This document shows, piece after piece, positions 1 through 9,918 of a stretch of 64,000 bases of DNA. Under the pieces are notes generated by a model. The model worked only from the letters and a program-made list of their open reading frames with translations, was not told the DNA's origin and made no database searches. The DNA lies in assembly GCA_963732385.1 (NCBI GenBank), contig CAVSZB010000007.1:384001-448000 (forward strand), read 5' to 3'. The translations under genes and the position numbers were made by a program. Positions within the stretch are counted from its first letter, which is position 1; each line of letters starts with the position of its first letter. Source of the DNA: an uncultured bacterium. GTDB taxonomy: Bacteria > Krumholzibacteriota > Krumholzibacteriia > LZORAL124-64-63.

Positions 1-1959
1 AAAGGCGCCGTGATAGCGGTCGCAGCGGTCCATCTCGCGCCGCAGGATCTCGACCAGCAGCTCTTCGCGCTGGCAGGCGATGTCGGAGCTGGTGGCTGTC
101 GGTGAAGCCGGGGCATCGTCGTCCGCCACGACCTGCTGCTCCTCCGGCCGGGGCGCCGGCGGCCGCTCGCGCAGCAGAGTCGGCAGCAGGCGGGCCAAAC
201 GTCCGGCCAGTTCCGCGTCGAACTCGGTGAACACCGCGCCGTCGAGCGAATGGAGGCGCTGCTTGCCCGACAGGAGCAGGCCGGGGGCCCCCTCCTCCTG
301 ACCGGCGGTCACCGCCAGCAGGGTGGTCTCGTGCAGACGGGGCTCGGGCGTGTCGGACAGGACAGTGGTGCGCCAGCCGTCGTGGCGGGCCTCGGCCAGC
401 AGGCGCGCCGCGTCGGCGAACCAGGGCGAGGCGGGCGGGGTGTGGCCGGGCGGCACGCGGGGCGCGCCATGGTCGTCGAAGCCGCTGACGATGTGCGCTT
501 CGTCGGCGCCGGTGAGACGACGGGCGGCGTCGGCCAGCAGATCGATTGGCGAGGCGCCGAACGGCTGCAAGTCGGGATCGGCGGCGGCGATCTCGGTCAG
601 GGCGGCGGTGAGCGCCGCGAAGCGCTCGAGCCGGTCGCGCTGCGTGAAGCGGCTCACCAGTTCCGGCAGCCGCTTCTCGAGCAGGTAGACGACCTCTCCC
701 GAGATGTCATGGAAGCGGTGGGCCTCCACGGCCGTGGGGAAGCCGGCGGCGAGGATCGCCTGCGGCGGGGTGCCGACCGGCAGGCAGAACAGAGTCCAGC
801 GGCCGTTCCCGGGGCGCTCGGCGGTGCCCAGTTCCCTGACGACGAGTGGGCGGCCGGTCTGCAGCACCTCGTTCCAGGCCGGATCGTCGAGCGGCCGGTG
901 CTCGCAGAGCGGCTCGCCGTCGGGCCGGTTCTCGGCGGCCAGCAGCGAGCCGTCCTCGCAGATCAGCGCCAGCGCGAGCTGCGAGGCGCCGATGCGCCGG
1001 GCAAGCGCATCGACCCACCCGGTCAGGATGTCGGCCAGCGGCAGCGGCGGCTGCATGATCTCCTGCAGCTGCCGGTCGGTCTCGCGGAACGATTCTCCCT
1101 CGCGCGCGCGCTGCAGGCCGAGGAACCGGTTCAGGATCAGGCCGAGCCGACCGGCCAGTCGGTCGATGGTGGCCAGGTCGTCCTCGCCGAGCCGGTGATC
1201 GCCAGTGCCGACGCTGACGTTGATCACGCCGAGCAGGCGCCCCTCGTGCACGAGCGGCGCGCTGATGGCGGCGGCGATGTCGGGACGGTCGCGTGGCGTG
1301 TCGGTCGCCGGGCGGCTCAGCACCAGCTCAGCGCGCAACTGCTCCGCCACCCGTCCGGCGATGCCGTGGCCGAGCGTCTGGCGGGTGGCGTGCAGGGTGC
1401 TTTCGCTCAGGCCGTAGGCGCAGGCGATGTAGAGCTGCCGCGCTTTCTCGTCGTAGAGCATGATCGAGCCGGCCGTGGCGCCGACGGCGCGCGTGGCGAG
1501 CGCCAGCAGCCAGCGCAACAACGATTCGCGATGCAGCGCCTCCTCGATGCGGCTGAGCGTGCGGTGCACCGATTCGGTCTCGCGCTCGAGCCGCTCGAAG
1601 TGCCGCGGCGCCGGGCGCGCCACGAACGCCGTCACCGGCGGGGGCGCGAGCAGGCGCAGAAACTCGGACGTCGGCAGCGGCGCGTAACCGAGGCGCGCGG
1701 CCGCCGCCACCAGCGGCAGGGCGTCGGGCTGGCCGGGCGGGTAGACCCAGTAGTCGGCCCCCTTGAGCGCCGGCGCGTCGGGACCGGCGAAGATCGGAAT
1801 TCCCATCACCTCGGCGATCGTGGTGCCGACTGCGTTGCCGGTCGGATCGACCACGCCGATGACTTTGGCGTCACGCCGGCGCGAAAGATCGGCCAGCAGG
1901 CCGATCTCCGCCTCGGCGGGGAGGATCAAGGCAACGTTCCATGGCACCGGCTGCGACAT
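1..1959 (-). CDS. GAF-domain signalling protein, probable C-terminal GGDEF-like domain (runs off the window, 3' end missing)
   Basis: Absent from the ORF track because the frame has no stop inside the window. Hand translation from ATG at 1959 gives MSQPVPWNVALIL..., then GAF-type GSIMLYDEKARQLYIACAYGL...GHGIAGRVAE...SAPLVHEGRLLGVINV, and ends at ...EILRREMDRCDRYHGAF, which resembles the start of a GGDEF domain. All segments sampled fall in one frame. Confidence 0.75.
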   Translation of the reverse strand, partial: MSQPVPWNVALILPAEAEIGLLADLSRRRDAKVIGVVDPTGNAVGTTIAEVMGIPIFAGPDAPALKGADYWVYPPGQPDALPLVAAAARLGYAPLPTSEFLRLLAPPPVTAFVARPAPRHFERLERETESVHRTLSRIEEALHRESLLRWLLALATRAVGATAGSIMLYDEKARQLYIACAYGLSESTLHATRQTLGHGIAGRVAEQLRAELVLSRPATDTPRDRPDIAAAISAPLVHEGRLLGVINVSVGTGDHRLGEDDLATIDRLAGRLGLILNRFLGLQRAREGESFRETDRQLQEIMQPPLPLADILTGWVDALARRIGASQLALALICEDGSLLAAENRPDGEPLCEHRPLDDPAWNEVLQTGRPLVVRELGTAERPGNGRWTLFCLPVGTPPQAILAAGFPTAVEAHRFHDISGEVVYLLEKRLPELVSRFTQRDRLERFAALTAALTEIAAADPDLQPFGASPIDLLADAARRLTGADEAHIVSGFDDHGAPRVPPGHTPPASPWFADAARLLAEARHDGWRTTVLSDTPEPRLHETTLLAVTAGQEEGAPGLLLSGKQRLHSLDGAVFTEFDAELAGRLARLLPTLLRERPPAPRPEEQQVVADDDAPASPTATSSDIACQREELLVEILRREMDRCDRYHGAF

Positions 1960-1998
1960 GGCGGCTCCGGGTTGGCGTCAGGGCACAATATGCCAACG

Positions 1999-2025
1999 GT
2001 TTCGACCATTGGCGGGGGGACTTGA
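1999..2025 (-). promoter_or_regulatory. Putative sigma28 (FliA)-type promoter
   Basis: Minus strand reads TCAAG-N14-GTCGAAAC, against consensus TAAAG-N14-GCCGATAA; about 40 nt upstream of the ATG at 1959. Confidence 0.5.
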
Positions 2026-2126
2026 GGGTAGCGGAAGGGGATTTGTGCCGTGGTCCGCGCCGGTGGCGGAGGGCGCCGGAGGGCAGCGCCGGCCGGGGCC
2101 GTCGAAATCGACGTATCGTTATGAAA

Positions 2127-4796
2127 TCAAGACAGTTGTTCGCGTATCTTCGCCAGCCACATGAAGGCGTCGACCGGGCTGAGGCGGTCCAGGTCGAGGT
2201 GGCGGAAGGCGGCCAAAGCATCGCGCTCGGCGTCGGTGAAGAGGCTCAACTGCCGCACCGGAGCGGGCGCGGCGGGACTGTCGGCGGCCAGGGAGGCGCC
2301 GCCGGGCAGGCCCTGGAAGGCGCCGCTGGCAAGGACGCGGGCATCCTCCAGCGAAAGTCCTTCGAGAATTTCCTGGGCGCGCTTGAGCACCGGCTCGGGC
2401 ACGCCGGCGAGTCGAGCCACGTGGATGCCGTAACTGCGGTCGCTGCGACCCGGCTGCACGGCGTGCAGGAAGACGATCCGCCCCTCCCACTCCCGCACCT
2501 CGAGCCGCAGGTTCACCAGACCGGGCAGTTTGTCCTCGAGCGCGCACAACTCGTGATAATGGGTGGCGAAGATGGTGCGGGGCCGCGGGCCGCGCGGGTC
2601 GTGCAGATGCTCGGTGATGGCCCAGGCGAGCGAGAGGCCGTCGTAAGTGGCGGTGCCGCGGCCGATCTCGTCGAGGATGACGAGGCTGCGCCGCGTCATC
2701 TGGCGCAGGATGTGGGCGGTCTCGGCCATCTCGACGAAGAAGGTCGACTGGCCGCGCGCCACGTTGTCGCTCGCGCCGACCCGCGTGAACACACGGTCGG
2801 TCACGCCGATGCGCGCCGCGCGCGCCGGCACGAAGGAGCCGGCCTGCGCCAGCAGCACGATCACCGCGGTCTGTCTCAGATAGGTGGACTTGCCCCCCAT
2901 GTTGGGACCGGTCAGCAGGAGAAGCTGGCGCGACTCGCCGTCGAGCGTGGTGTCGTTGGGGATGAAGTCGTGGTCGAGCAGCGCCTCGACGACCGGGTGG
3001 CGCCCCTGTTCGATGTCGAGCGCCAGCGAGTCGTCGCAGACCGGGCGGCACCAGTCGCGCTGCTCGGCCAGTTCGGCGAAGGCGAACATGAGGTCGATCT
3101 CGCCGACGGTGCGCGCGGCCGCGGCGATGGCGGCGAGGCGGTCGGTGACGGCGCGCTGCAGCGCCTCGAGGATGAGCGCTTCGCGCCGCTGCGACTCCTG
3201 CTCGGCGACCGCGATGCGCCGCTCGGCCTCCGTCAGTTCGGGGGTGACGAAGCGGGCCGCGTTGACCAGAGTCTGCCGCTGCTGGTAGTCGGCCGGCGTC
3301 TTGTCGAGATGGCGGCTGGTGATCTCGTAGTAGTAGCCGAAGACCCGGTTGTAGCCGACCTTCAGCGTGGCGATGCCGGTGCGCTCGCGCTCGCGCGCCT
3401 GCAGCCCGGCCAGATAGCCGCGGGTGTCGCGCGCGAGGGCGAGTTGGGCGTCGAGCTCGGGGTCGAAGCCGGGGCGGATGGCGCCGCCGGCACGTGGCGC
3501 GGCGGGCGGGTCGTCGGTCAGCGTGTCGAGCAGGCGGCGGGCGAGGTCGTCGAGCGGGGGCAGCGACGCGGCGCGGCGGGCGACGGGGTGGGCCGCATGA
3601 CCGTCGGCGCCGGCCGCGGCGGCGAGCGCGGCGACGGCGCGCAGGGAGAGGGCGAGCTGGCGCAGCTGCGCCGGCCCGCAGCGTCCGGCGGCGGCGCGCG
3701 CCGCCCAACGCTCCAGGTCCCCCATGCCGCCCAGGATCGTGCGCAGGCGCTGGCGCCACTCGCGGTCGGTCACCGCGCCGGCCACGCCGGCGTGCCACTC
3801 CCCGAGCAGGACGAGATCGGTGAGCGGCTCGGCGAGGCGGCGTTCGAGCAGCCGTCGGCCGGCCGGGGTGACGGTGGCGTCGAGGTGGTGGATCAGCGTT
3901 CCAGCGCCCCGTTCGCCGCGCAGGGTGCGGAACACCTCCAGGTTGCGCAGGGTCTCCTCGTCGAGCAGCAGACGGTCGCCCCGTTCGCTGAAGCGCAGCG
4001 ATGTCACCTGTTCCGGCCGCCGCAACGCCAGTGAAGTGACGTAGCGCAGCAGCGCCCCGGCCGCCCCGGAGGCCAGTTCGCGGCCGGCGCGGGCGAGGCC
4101 GAACATCTCCAGCCCCGCCACCTGGAAGTGGCCGAGCAGGGTCTGCGTGGCGAGCGCGGGATGAAACCAGGCGCCGCTGACCGTGTTGATGACGGCCCCC
4201 GGCAGCGCCGCGCGCCAGCCGGCCACCTGCGCACCGGGCAGATCCTCGGCCACGATCACCTCGCGCACCGGGTTTCGCTCGCACAGAGCGGCGAGCTCGG
4301 CGTTCTCCTGGCCGCAGATGAACTCGCCGGTCGAGACATCGAGCAGGGCCCAGCCGGCCTCACCCATGGCGTCGCCAGCGGGCGCGGCGCCGCGCGACGG
4401 ACTCCAGGCCAGGCAAAAGCTGGCCGCGGCTCCCGGCAGCAGTTGCGGTGCGCAGGCGGTGCCGGGGCTGATGATCTCCACGACTTCGCGCCGGACCAGC
4501 CCCTTCGCCGCCGCCGGATCCTCGATCTGCTCGCAGATGGCGACCGTCAGGCCGGCCGCCAGCAGCCGGGTGAGGTAGACATCGAGGGCGTGGTGCGGCA
4601 CGCCGGCCAGCGGCACCGGATGGTCGCTGTGGCGGTCGCGCGTGGTCAGCTGGACGCCGGTGACCCGGGCCAGCGTGAGCGCATCGTCGAAGAAGGTCTC
4701 GAAGAAGTCCCCCATGCGGAACAGCAGCAGCGCGTCAGGGTGACGCCCCTTGATCTCCAGGTACTGGGCGAGCATGGGGGTGACTTTGCCGGTCAT
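2127..4796 (-). CDS. mutS: DNA mismatch repair protein MutS
   Basis: TPMLAQY, FRMGDFFE, Walker A TGPNMGGKST, DEIGRGT, FATHYHEL, SYGIHVARLAG. Start trimmed to MTGKVTP. Confidence 0.97.
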   Translation of the reverse strand: MTGKVTPMLAQYLEIKGRHPDALLLFRMGDFFETFFDDALTLARVTGVQLTTRDRHSDHPVPLAGVPHHALDVYLTRLLAAGLTVAICEQIEDPAAAKGLVRREVVEIISPGTACAPQLLPGAAASFCLAWSPSRGAAPAGDAMGEAGWALLDVSTGEFICGQENAELAALCERNPVREVIVAEDLPGAQVAGWRAALPGAVINTVSGAWFHPALATQTLLGHFQVAGLEMFGLARAGRELASGAAGALLRYVTSLALRRPEQVTSLRFSERGDRLLLDEETLRNLEVFRTLRGERGAGTLIHHLDATVTPAGRRLLERRLAEPLTDLVLLGEWHAGVAGAVTDREWRQRLRTILGGMGDLERWAARAAAGRCGPAQLRQLALSLRAVAALAAAAGADGHAAHPVARRAASLPPLDDLARRLLDTLTDDPPAAPRAGGAIRPGFDPELDAQLALARDTRGYLAGLQARERERTGIATLKVGYNRVFGYYYEITSRHLDKTPADYQQRQTLVNAARFVTPELTEAERRIAVAEQESQRREALILEALQRAVTDRLAAIAAAARTVGEIDLMFAFAELAEQRDWCRPVCDDSLALDIEQGRHPVVEALLDHDFIPNDTTLDGESRQLLLLTGPNMGGKSTYLRQTAVIVLLAQAGSFVPARAARIGVTDRVFTRVGASDNVARGQSTFFVEMAETAHILRQMTRRSLVILDEIGRGTATYDGLSLAWAITEHLHDPRGPRPRTIFATHYHELCALEDKLPGLVNLRLEVREWEGRIVFLHAVQPGRSDRSYGIHVARLAGVPEPVLKRAQEILEGLSLEDARVLASGAFQGLPGGASLAADSPAAPAPVRQLSLFTDAERDALAAFRHLDLDRLSPVDAFMWLAKIREQLS

Positions 4797-5557
4797 GGGC
4801 GGGGCGTCGCCTCGACGACGATGGCCGACAGACCGAGTTCGCGGCGCAGTCCGGCGGCCGCGGCGACGGCGGCATCGCGCGTGGGCCAGGCGCCGTAGCG
4901 GACCTTGTAGATGGCGGCGCCGGTGGCGTCGCGACCGGCCAGCAGCTTGAGCCCCGGCAGACCGGCGCGCCATTTGGCGACGAAGGCGCGGGCCCGCGGC
5001 TCCTCGGTGAAGGCGCCGAGCTGCAGGGCGAAGCCGCCGGCGGCCGGAGCGGGCGTGTCCGCGCGGGTGCGGACCGCGGGCGCGCTCCTGATGGTGGCCG
5101 GCCGGGCCAGGGCGCGCGCCGAGGCTTCGGCCCAGTACGCCGCCTCGCCCGCCGGCGGCGCCTTGCCGAGCCGCCGGGCCATGTCGAGCGCCTCCAGGGT
5201 GGCGGCGTGGCGTCCACGGGCGAATTCGGCACCGGCCAGTTCGAGGGCGAAGCGGGCGCGCAGCGGCGACGGCAGATCCTCGCGGGCGAGGCCGACGCGC
5301 ATGGCGCTCAGCGCGGCCCCCGGCGCGGTTTCGAGGCGCATGCGCCAGTAGAGCCCCTCGGCGGAGGCGGGCGTGCGCCCGCCGACGTCGGCCGCGAGCC
5401 GGAGGGCGTCGTCGTAGCGGGCTGAGCGGAAAAGGGTTTCAACCTGCCGCCAGCCGGAGGAGGCCACGGCGACGGCGGCCAGGCCGAACAGCAGCGCGGC
5501 GGCGGGCAGGAGCGCGCGCGCCAGCGACCGGCGCGGCGCGGATGTGACGCCCGGCAA
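4793..5557 (-). CDS. SPOR-domain protein with N-terminal signal/TM segment and TPR-like helices
   Basis: C-terminal FALQLGAF...YKVRYGAW SPOR pattern; TTG start at 5557 preceded by GGAGG. Confidence 0.8.
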   Translation of the reverse strand: MPGVTSAPRRSLARALLPAAALLFGLAAVAVASSGWRQVETLFRSARYDDALRLAADVGGRTPASAEGLYWRMRLETAPGAALSAMRVGLAREDLPSPLRARFALELAGAEFARGRHAATLEALDMARRLGKAPPAGEAAYWAEASARALARPATIRSAPAVRTRADTPAPAAGGFALQLGAFTEEPRARAFVAKWRAGLPGLKLLAGRDATGAAIYKVRYGAWPTRDAAVAAAAGLRRELGLSAIVVEATPRP

Positions 5558-5568
5558 GGCGAACCTCC

Positions 5569-6720
5569 TCAGCGCGCGGTCAGAGCGACAGTGCCGAAGC
5601 CATGGCAGCCGGGACAGAACCAGATCGGTTCCGGATGCCGTGCGCCGCAGTCGCCGCACTGCCAGGCGGTGACGGTGGCCGGCATGCGCAGGGTCCGCCA
5701 GACGCGCGCAAAATCGGCCTGAGGACTGTCCGCCGCGAGCTGCTTCAACAACGGCGCGGCCACATCGGGGGTGAGCCCGGGGTCGCCCGACTTGCCGGCG
5801 AGCAGTTCCAGGCCGCGGTGCCGCTGCCCGAGCTTCTCGTACAGCAGCGCCAGCGCGATCCAGAGGGCCGGCGGCGCCGTGTCGGCGAGCGAGGCGGCCT
5901 CGAGGATCGGGATCGTCCGCTCGAACCGGCCGCTGCGCAGCAGCACGTCCTGCAGCGCCGGCAGGAACAGTTGCATGTAGTCAGGGTGGGCGACCAGCCC
6001 TGACGTGAGGATCCCGGTCGCCTCGTCCACGTTGCCGGCGGCGGCCGCGAGCAACGCGCGCACGAAGTCGAGGCGGGCGTCGTTCCCGGCCCCCTGGCGC
6101 ACCCCCTTGAGGAGCTGCCGGGTCTCGCCAAGGTGGCCTTCGCGCACGGCGCGCAGCGCCCGATCGAGCTGGTACAGATCGAAGTCGCGCTGGAAGCGGG
6201 CGCGGGTGCCGGCCTCGGCCTTGCGCGCCCCGTCCCGCAGCGCGCGCGCGGCGAGCGCGGCGTCGCCCAGACCGACCCACTGCCGGAAGCGGGCGCGCCA
6301 GAAGCGGGCCGAGCCGAGCGCGAGGTTCTCCAGCTCGTCCAGGACGAGTCGCGCCTCCTCCCAGTGCTCGAGGGCGATCAGATCGTCGGCCAGCGCCAGG
6401 GCGATCGACACCCGTTTCTGTTCCGGAACGTCGGCCCGGATGGTGAGCGTGCGGTGGAGCACCGCGGCGCGTTTCGCGTCGCCCAGGCCGCGCAGCAGGT
6501 TGCCGAGCTGCAGGTAGGGATCGATGGAGCCGGGCTCCGCCTCGATCGCCATGCGCAGGGCAGCTACCGCCCCGTGCGTCTCGCCGGCCAGCCACAGCTC
6601 GAGGCCCCGGGTGTAGTGATCCTCCCCGAGCACGATCCGGCGACGGCGGCGGAAAATCCAGAACAGCGCCGCGGCGACCGACGCGCCGATCAGCAGGAGG
6701 AAGAGCGCGGTCTCACCCAT
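5569..6720 (-). CDS. lapB: LapB/YciM-like protein (N-terminal TM, TPRs, rubredoxin-type CxxC...CPxC)
   Basis: N-terminal TM helix, LGNLLRGLGDAKRAAVLH TPR, C-terminal WQCGDCG...WFCPGCH; adjacent to a LapA-like gene. Confidence 0.75.
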   Translation of the reverse strand: MGETALFLLLIGASVAAALFWIFRRRRRIVLGEDHYTRGLELWLAGETHGAVAALRMAIEAEPGSIDPYLQLGNLLRGLGDAKRAAVLHRTLTIRADVPEQKRVSIALALADDLIALEHWEEARLVLDELENLALGSARFWRARFRQWVGLGDAALAARALRDGARKAEAGTRARFQRDFDLYQLDRALRAVREGHLGETRQLLKGVRQGAGNDARLDFVRALLAAAAGNVDEATGILTSGLVAHPDYMQLFLPALQDVLLRSGRFERTIPILEAASLADTAPPALWIALALLYEKLGQRHRGLELLAGKSGDPGLTPDVAAPLLKQLAADSPQADFARVWRTLRMPATVTAWQCGDCGARHPEPIWFCPGCHGFGTVALTAR

Positions 6721-7039
6721 CGCGACCCTCCGGCGCGATCGCGGGCGCGTAGTCCTGCAGCGGCAGGGTCCGCAGTTCGACGATCTCCTTCTCGCGGGTC
6801 TGGAGCGTCCGCTTCAGGCCGCGGAGCTGTCCGTGGATGCGCAGCTCCCGCACGGCGGCCATCACGAAGCAGGTGAGGAATCCGATCAGGAAGGCGACCA
6901 GGAGCACCCAGACGAGCTGGACGTCAAGGTAGTCCTGCCCGAAGAGATGGATGTCCACGCTCGAGTTGCTGTTCATCGCGAAGAACGTGGCCAGCACCAC
7001 GAGCAGCAGCAGATAGAACAGACCCTTGACGATCCCCAC
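6713..7039 (-). CDS. lapA: LapA-family membrane protein
   Basis: 108 aa, two TM helices around FFAMNSNSSVDIHLF, then a coiled coil; directly upstream of the lapB-like gene. Confidence 0.75.
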   Translation of the reverse strand: MGIVKGLFYLLLLVVLATFFAMNSNSSVDIHLFGQDYLDVQLVWVLLVAFLIGFLTCFVMAAVRELRIHGQLRGLKRTLQTREKEIVELRTLPLQDYAPAIAPEGRDG

Positions 7040-7045
7040 AGCCGT

Positions 7046-8419
7046 TCACCTCGTCTCATCCGGCGGCGGGTCGGCAACCGGCTCGCCCCGGAAGGTCGTG
7101 TCTGAAAACCCGATGATCCGTACGGTCAACTCCGTCCCCGGGACGGGGTCCCCCGCTTCCAGGACCACCTTGCGGTTGTTGGCCGTCCGCGCCCGCGACC
7201 AGCCGGGCGGACGACGCGCCGGCCCCTCCACGGCGATCCGCCAGACCTGCCCCACCTGCGCCTGCGCGAGCGGCAGCCAGGCGGCCGCCTGCGCCGCCAG
7301 GAGCGCCGCCAGCCGCGCCTTCTTGACCGCCTCGGTCACATCGTCCGCGAGCCGGTCCGCCGGCGTGCCGGGCCGCGGGGAGTACTTGAACGCGAAGAGC
7401 TGATCGTAGCCGACCGCCTCCACAAGCTCAAGCGTCTCCCTGAAGTCGTCGTCGGTCTCGCCCGGGAAGCCGACGATGAAATCGGAGGAAAAGGTCACCC
7501 CGGGGATCCAGGCGCGGGCGTTCGTCACCATCCGCAGGTAATCGGCCCGGGTGTAGAGCCGCTTCATCCGGCGCAGGACGCGGTCGCTGCCGCTCTGGGC
7601 CGGGACGTGCAGCCAGGGGCAGACGGTCGGCTGTCCGGCGATGGTGCGCAGGAGGCGATCGGTCAGGTCGCGCGGGTGGCCGGTCAAAAAGCGGATCCGG
7701 CGCAGCCCCGGCACGGCGGCCACCTGCCCGAGCAGGTCGGCGAAGTCGAGCCCCCCCTCCCCGCGCCAGGCGGTGACGTTCTGCCCCAGCAGGGTGACCT
7801 CCACCCCGCCGGCCGCCACGATGGCCGCGATTTCGTCCAGGATGGCCGCCGGGGCCTTCTCGCGCTGGGGACCGCGCGTGTCGGGGACGATGCAGTAGGT
7901 GCAGCGGTAGTCGCACCCCTTGTGGATGGTCACGAGGTGGGAGTTGTTCTCGGGGTAGGCGGCCGGGGGGGCCACGTAGTGGACGTCGTCCCGGTGACCG
8001 ACCGCCGTCCGCTCCGGGACCGCCCCCCGCGTCAGCAGACCGTCGAGCAGGTCGGACAGACGGTCGTACTGGTCCACGCCGACCGCCAGATCGGCGCCGG
8101 GCCGCCCCTGCACCAGCTGTCCCGCGAGGCGCTCGGCCATGCAGCCGCAGACGCCGATGAGTCGCGGCCGGCCGTCGTGCTCGGGGCGCAGGTGGCGCAA
8201 TTCGCCGATGCGGCTGATGACGCGGTGCTCGGCGTGGTCGCGCACGGAACAGGTGTTGAGCAGGACGACGTCGGCCTGCGCCGGATCCTCGACCGGCCGC
8301 CAGCCGCGCGCAGCGAGCAGGCCGCCGATCGCGGCCGAGTCGTAGACGTTCATCTGACAGCCGTAGGTTTCGATGCAGACGCTGCGGCCGGCCGGGTCGG
8401 GGCGAGGGTCGACGGTCAC
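7046..8419 (-). CDS. miaB: tRNA-2-methylthio-N6-dimethylallyladenosine synthase MiaB
   Basis: IETYGCQMN, NTCSVRDHAE, GCDYRCTYC, LLGQNV, DFIVGFPGET, YSPRPGT. GTG start overlaps the upstream TGA (GTGA). Confidence 0.93.
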   Translation of the reverse strand: MTVDPRPDPAGRSVCIETYGCQMNVYDSAAIGGLLAARGWRPVEDPAQADVVLLNTCSVRDHAEHRVISRIGELRHLRPEHDGRPRLIGVCGCMAERLAGQLVQGRPGADLAVGVDQYDRLSDLLDGLLTRGAVPERTAVGHRDDVHYVAPPAAYPENNSHLVTIHKGCDYRCTYCIVPDTRGPQREKAPAAILDEIAAIVAAGGVEVTLLGQNVTAWRGEGGLDFADLLGQVAAVPGLRRIRFLTGHPRDLTDRLLRTIAGQPTVCPWLHVPAQSGSDRVLRRMKRLYTRADYLRMVTNARAWIPGVTFSSDFIVGFPGETDDDFRETLELVEAVGYDQLFAFKYSPRPGTPADRLADDVTEAVKKARLAALLAAQAAAWLPLAQAQVGQVWRIAVEGPARRPPGWSRARTANNRKVVLEAGDPVPGTELTVRIIGFSDTTFRGEPVADPPPDETR

Positions 8420-9831
8420 GGCTGCTCCTCGGACGGCACCGCGACCACGTCGTCGGCGCGCGGCGGCGCGGTCGGCGGGTCGCCGACGGGGAGGCCGACC
8501 CTGAGGCGCACCAGCGAGCCGGCCGGCCAGGGGTCGGGCACCAGCACCGTGGCGTAGTTGTCGGTCGTGGCGGGACGCCAGCCGGCCGGCGCCTCGCCGT
8601 CCTCCACGATCGCCTCGCGCCACGATCCCGCCAGCGCGGCCGCGAAATCGCGGCGCCGCCGGCGGCCGAGGCGGCGCAGCTCCCCCGCCCGCGCGGTGGC
8701 CGTTTCCGGGGGGACCGGGGCGGGCAGGTCGGCGGCCGGGGTGCCGGGCCGCGGCGAGAAGCGGAACACGTGCAGGTAGGCGAGGGGCAGGCCGGCCAAC
8801 AGCTCGACCGTGCGGGCGTGCGCCGCCTCCGTCTCGCCGGGAAAACCGGCGATGATGTCGGCGCCGAGGGCGGCGTGCGGTCCGGCGGCCGCCGCGAAAG
8901 CGAGGGCCGTCTCGCGCGCCGCGGCGGCGCGGTAGGGCCGGCGCATGCGGGCGAGCACCTCGTCGTCGCCGCTCTGCAGCGAGAGGTGCAGATGCGGCCG
9001 CAGGCGGGGTGTGGCCCGCGTCCAGAGCCGCAGCAGAGCCGGCGTCACCTCGTCGGGGTGCAGACTCCCCAGGCGCAGGCGCAGGTTCGGCCGCGCGTCG
9101 AGCAGACGCTCCACCAGCGCCGCGAGCGCGTCGGTTTCGCCCCGCTCGCGTCCGTAGCTGCCGAGGTTGACCCCCGCCAGAACCAGCTCGCGAAAGCCGG
9201 CGGCCTCGAGCGACGCCGCCTGCGCCACGATCTCGTCCGCGGGGCGTGAGCGGGCCGGGCCGCGCGCCTGCCAGACGAGGCAGTAGGCGCAGCGCAGGTC
9301 GCAGCCGTCCTGGATCTTCACGAAGGCGCGCGAGTGGCCGGCGAACCGTTCGAGCGGCGCCGCCGCGAACGGGAGTCGGCGCGGAAACGCGGCCACCTGC
9401 ACGACCGGCGGGCCCGGCGGCGCGGCGAGCACGGCCGGCAGCCACCGCCCGGGCGCCTCCTTGAGGGTGTTGCCCACCACGCCGTCGATCCCCGCGATCG
9501 CGGCGACCCGGTCGGGCTGGGTCTGGGCGTAGCAGCCGGCCACGACCACGCGGGCGTCGGGCCGGCGGCGCTTCACCGCGCGGGCGAGCTGGCGGCACTT
9601 CTGGTCGGCCTTGCCGGTGACGGTGCAGCTGTTGATCACGTAGACTTCGGCGTCATCCTCCCACTCCACGCTGACCCACGGCACGTCGTCGGGAAGCGAG
9701 CCGGCCGCCGGGGGGCCGGAGCCGTCGGGCAGCGCCGCCTTCATCGCCTCGGTATCGAACTGGTTGAGACGGCAGCCGAGGGTGGTGAAGGCGACGCGAA
9801 CGACGCGTGGGGCAGGCGGTCGGAACGGCAT
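8416..9831 (-). CDS. mtaB: MtaB-like tRNA methylthiotransferase (radical SAM)
   Basis: TLGCRLNQFDTE, INSCTVT, SRAFVKIQDGCDLRCAYC, HLHLSLQSG, HVFRFSPRPGT. Alternative start at 9879. Confidence 0.85.
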   Translation of the reverse strand: MPFRPPAPRVVRVAFTTLGCRLNQFDTEAMKAALPDGSGPPAAGSLPDDVPWVSVEWEDDAEVYVINSCTVTGKADQKCRQLARAVKRRRPDARVVVAGCYAQTQPDRVAAIAGIDGVVGNTLKEAPGRWLPAVLAAPPGPPVVQVAAFPRRLPFAAAPLERFAGHSRAFVKIQDGCDLRCAYCLVWQARGPARSRPADEIVAQAASLEAAGFRELVLAGVNLGSYGRERGETDALAALVERLLDARPNLRLRLGSLHPDEVTPALLRLWTRATPRLRPHLHLSLQSGDDEVLARMRRPYRAAAARETALAFAAAAGPHAALGADIIAGFPGETEAAHARTVELLAGLPLAYLHVFRFSPRPGTPAADLPAPVPPETATARAGELRRLGRRRRRDFAAALAGSWREAIVEDGEAPAGWRPATTDNYATVLVPDPWPAGSLVRLRVGLPVGDPPTAPPRADDVVAVPSEEQP

Positions 9832-9918
9832 GGGGTGGGCTCCCTCCGTTACGGCGACGGGGGTGGCGCTGGCGCCCACCCCCGTCCCCCACTCACGCCG
9901 GACGCGGTCGCGGCAGGC

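Noticed and set aside
7046..9598. Apparent 850-aa MiaB with a long N-terminal extension (similar cases at 22303-23865, 13501-14655 and 57230-58177)
   Set aside because: The extensions are Arg/Pro/Gly-rich off-frame readings of the upstream gene. The true starts sit at stop/start overlaps, so these are not fusions.
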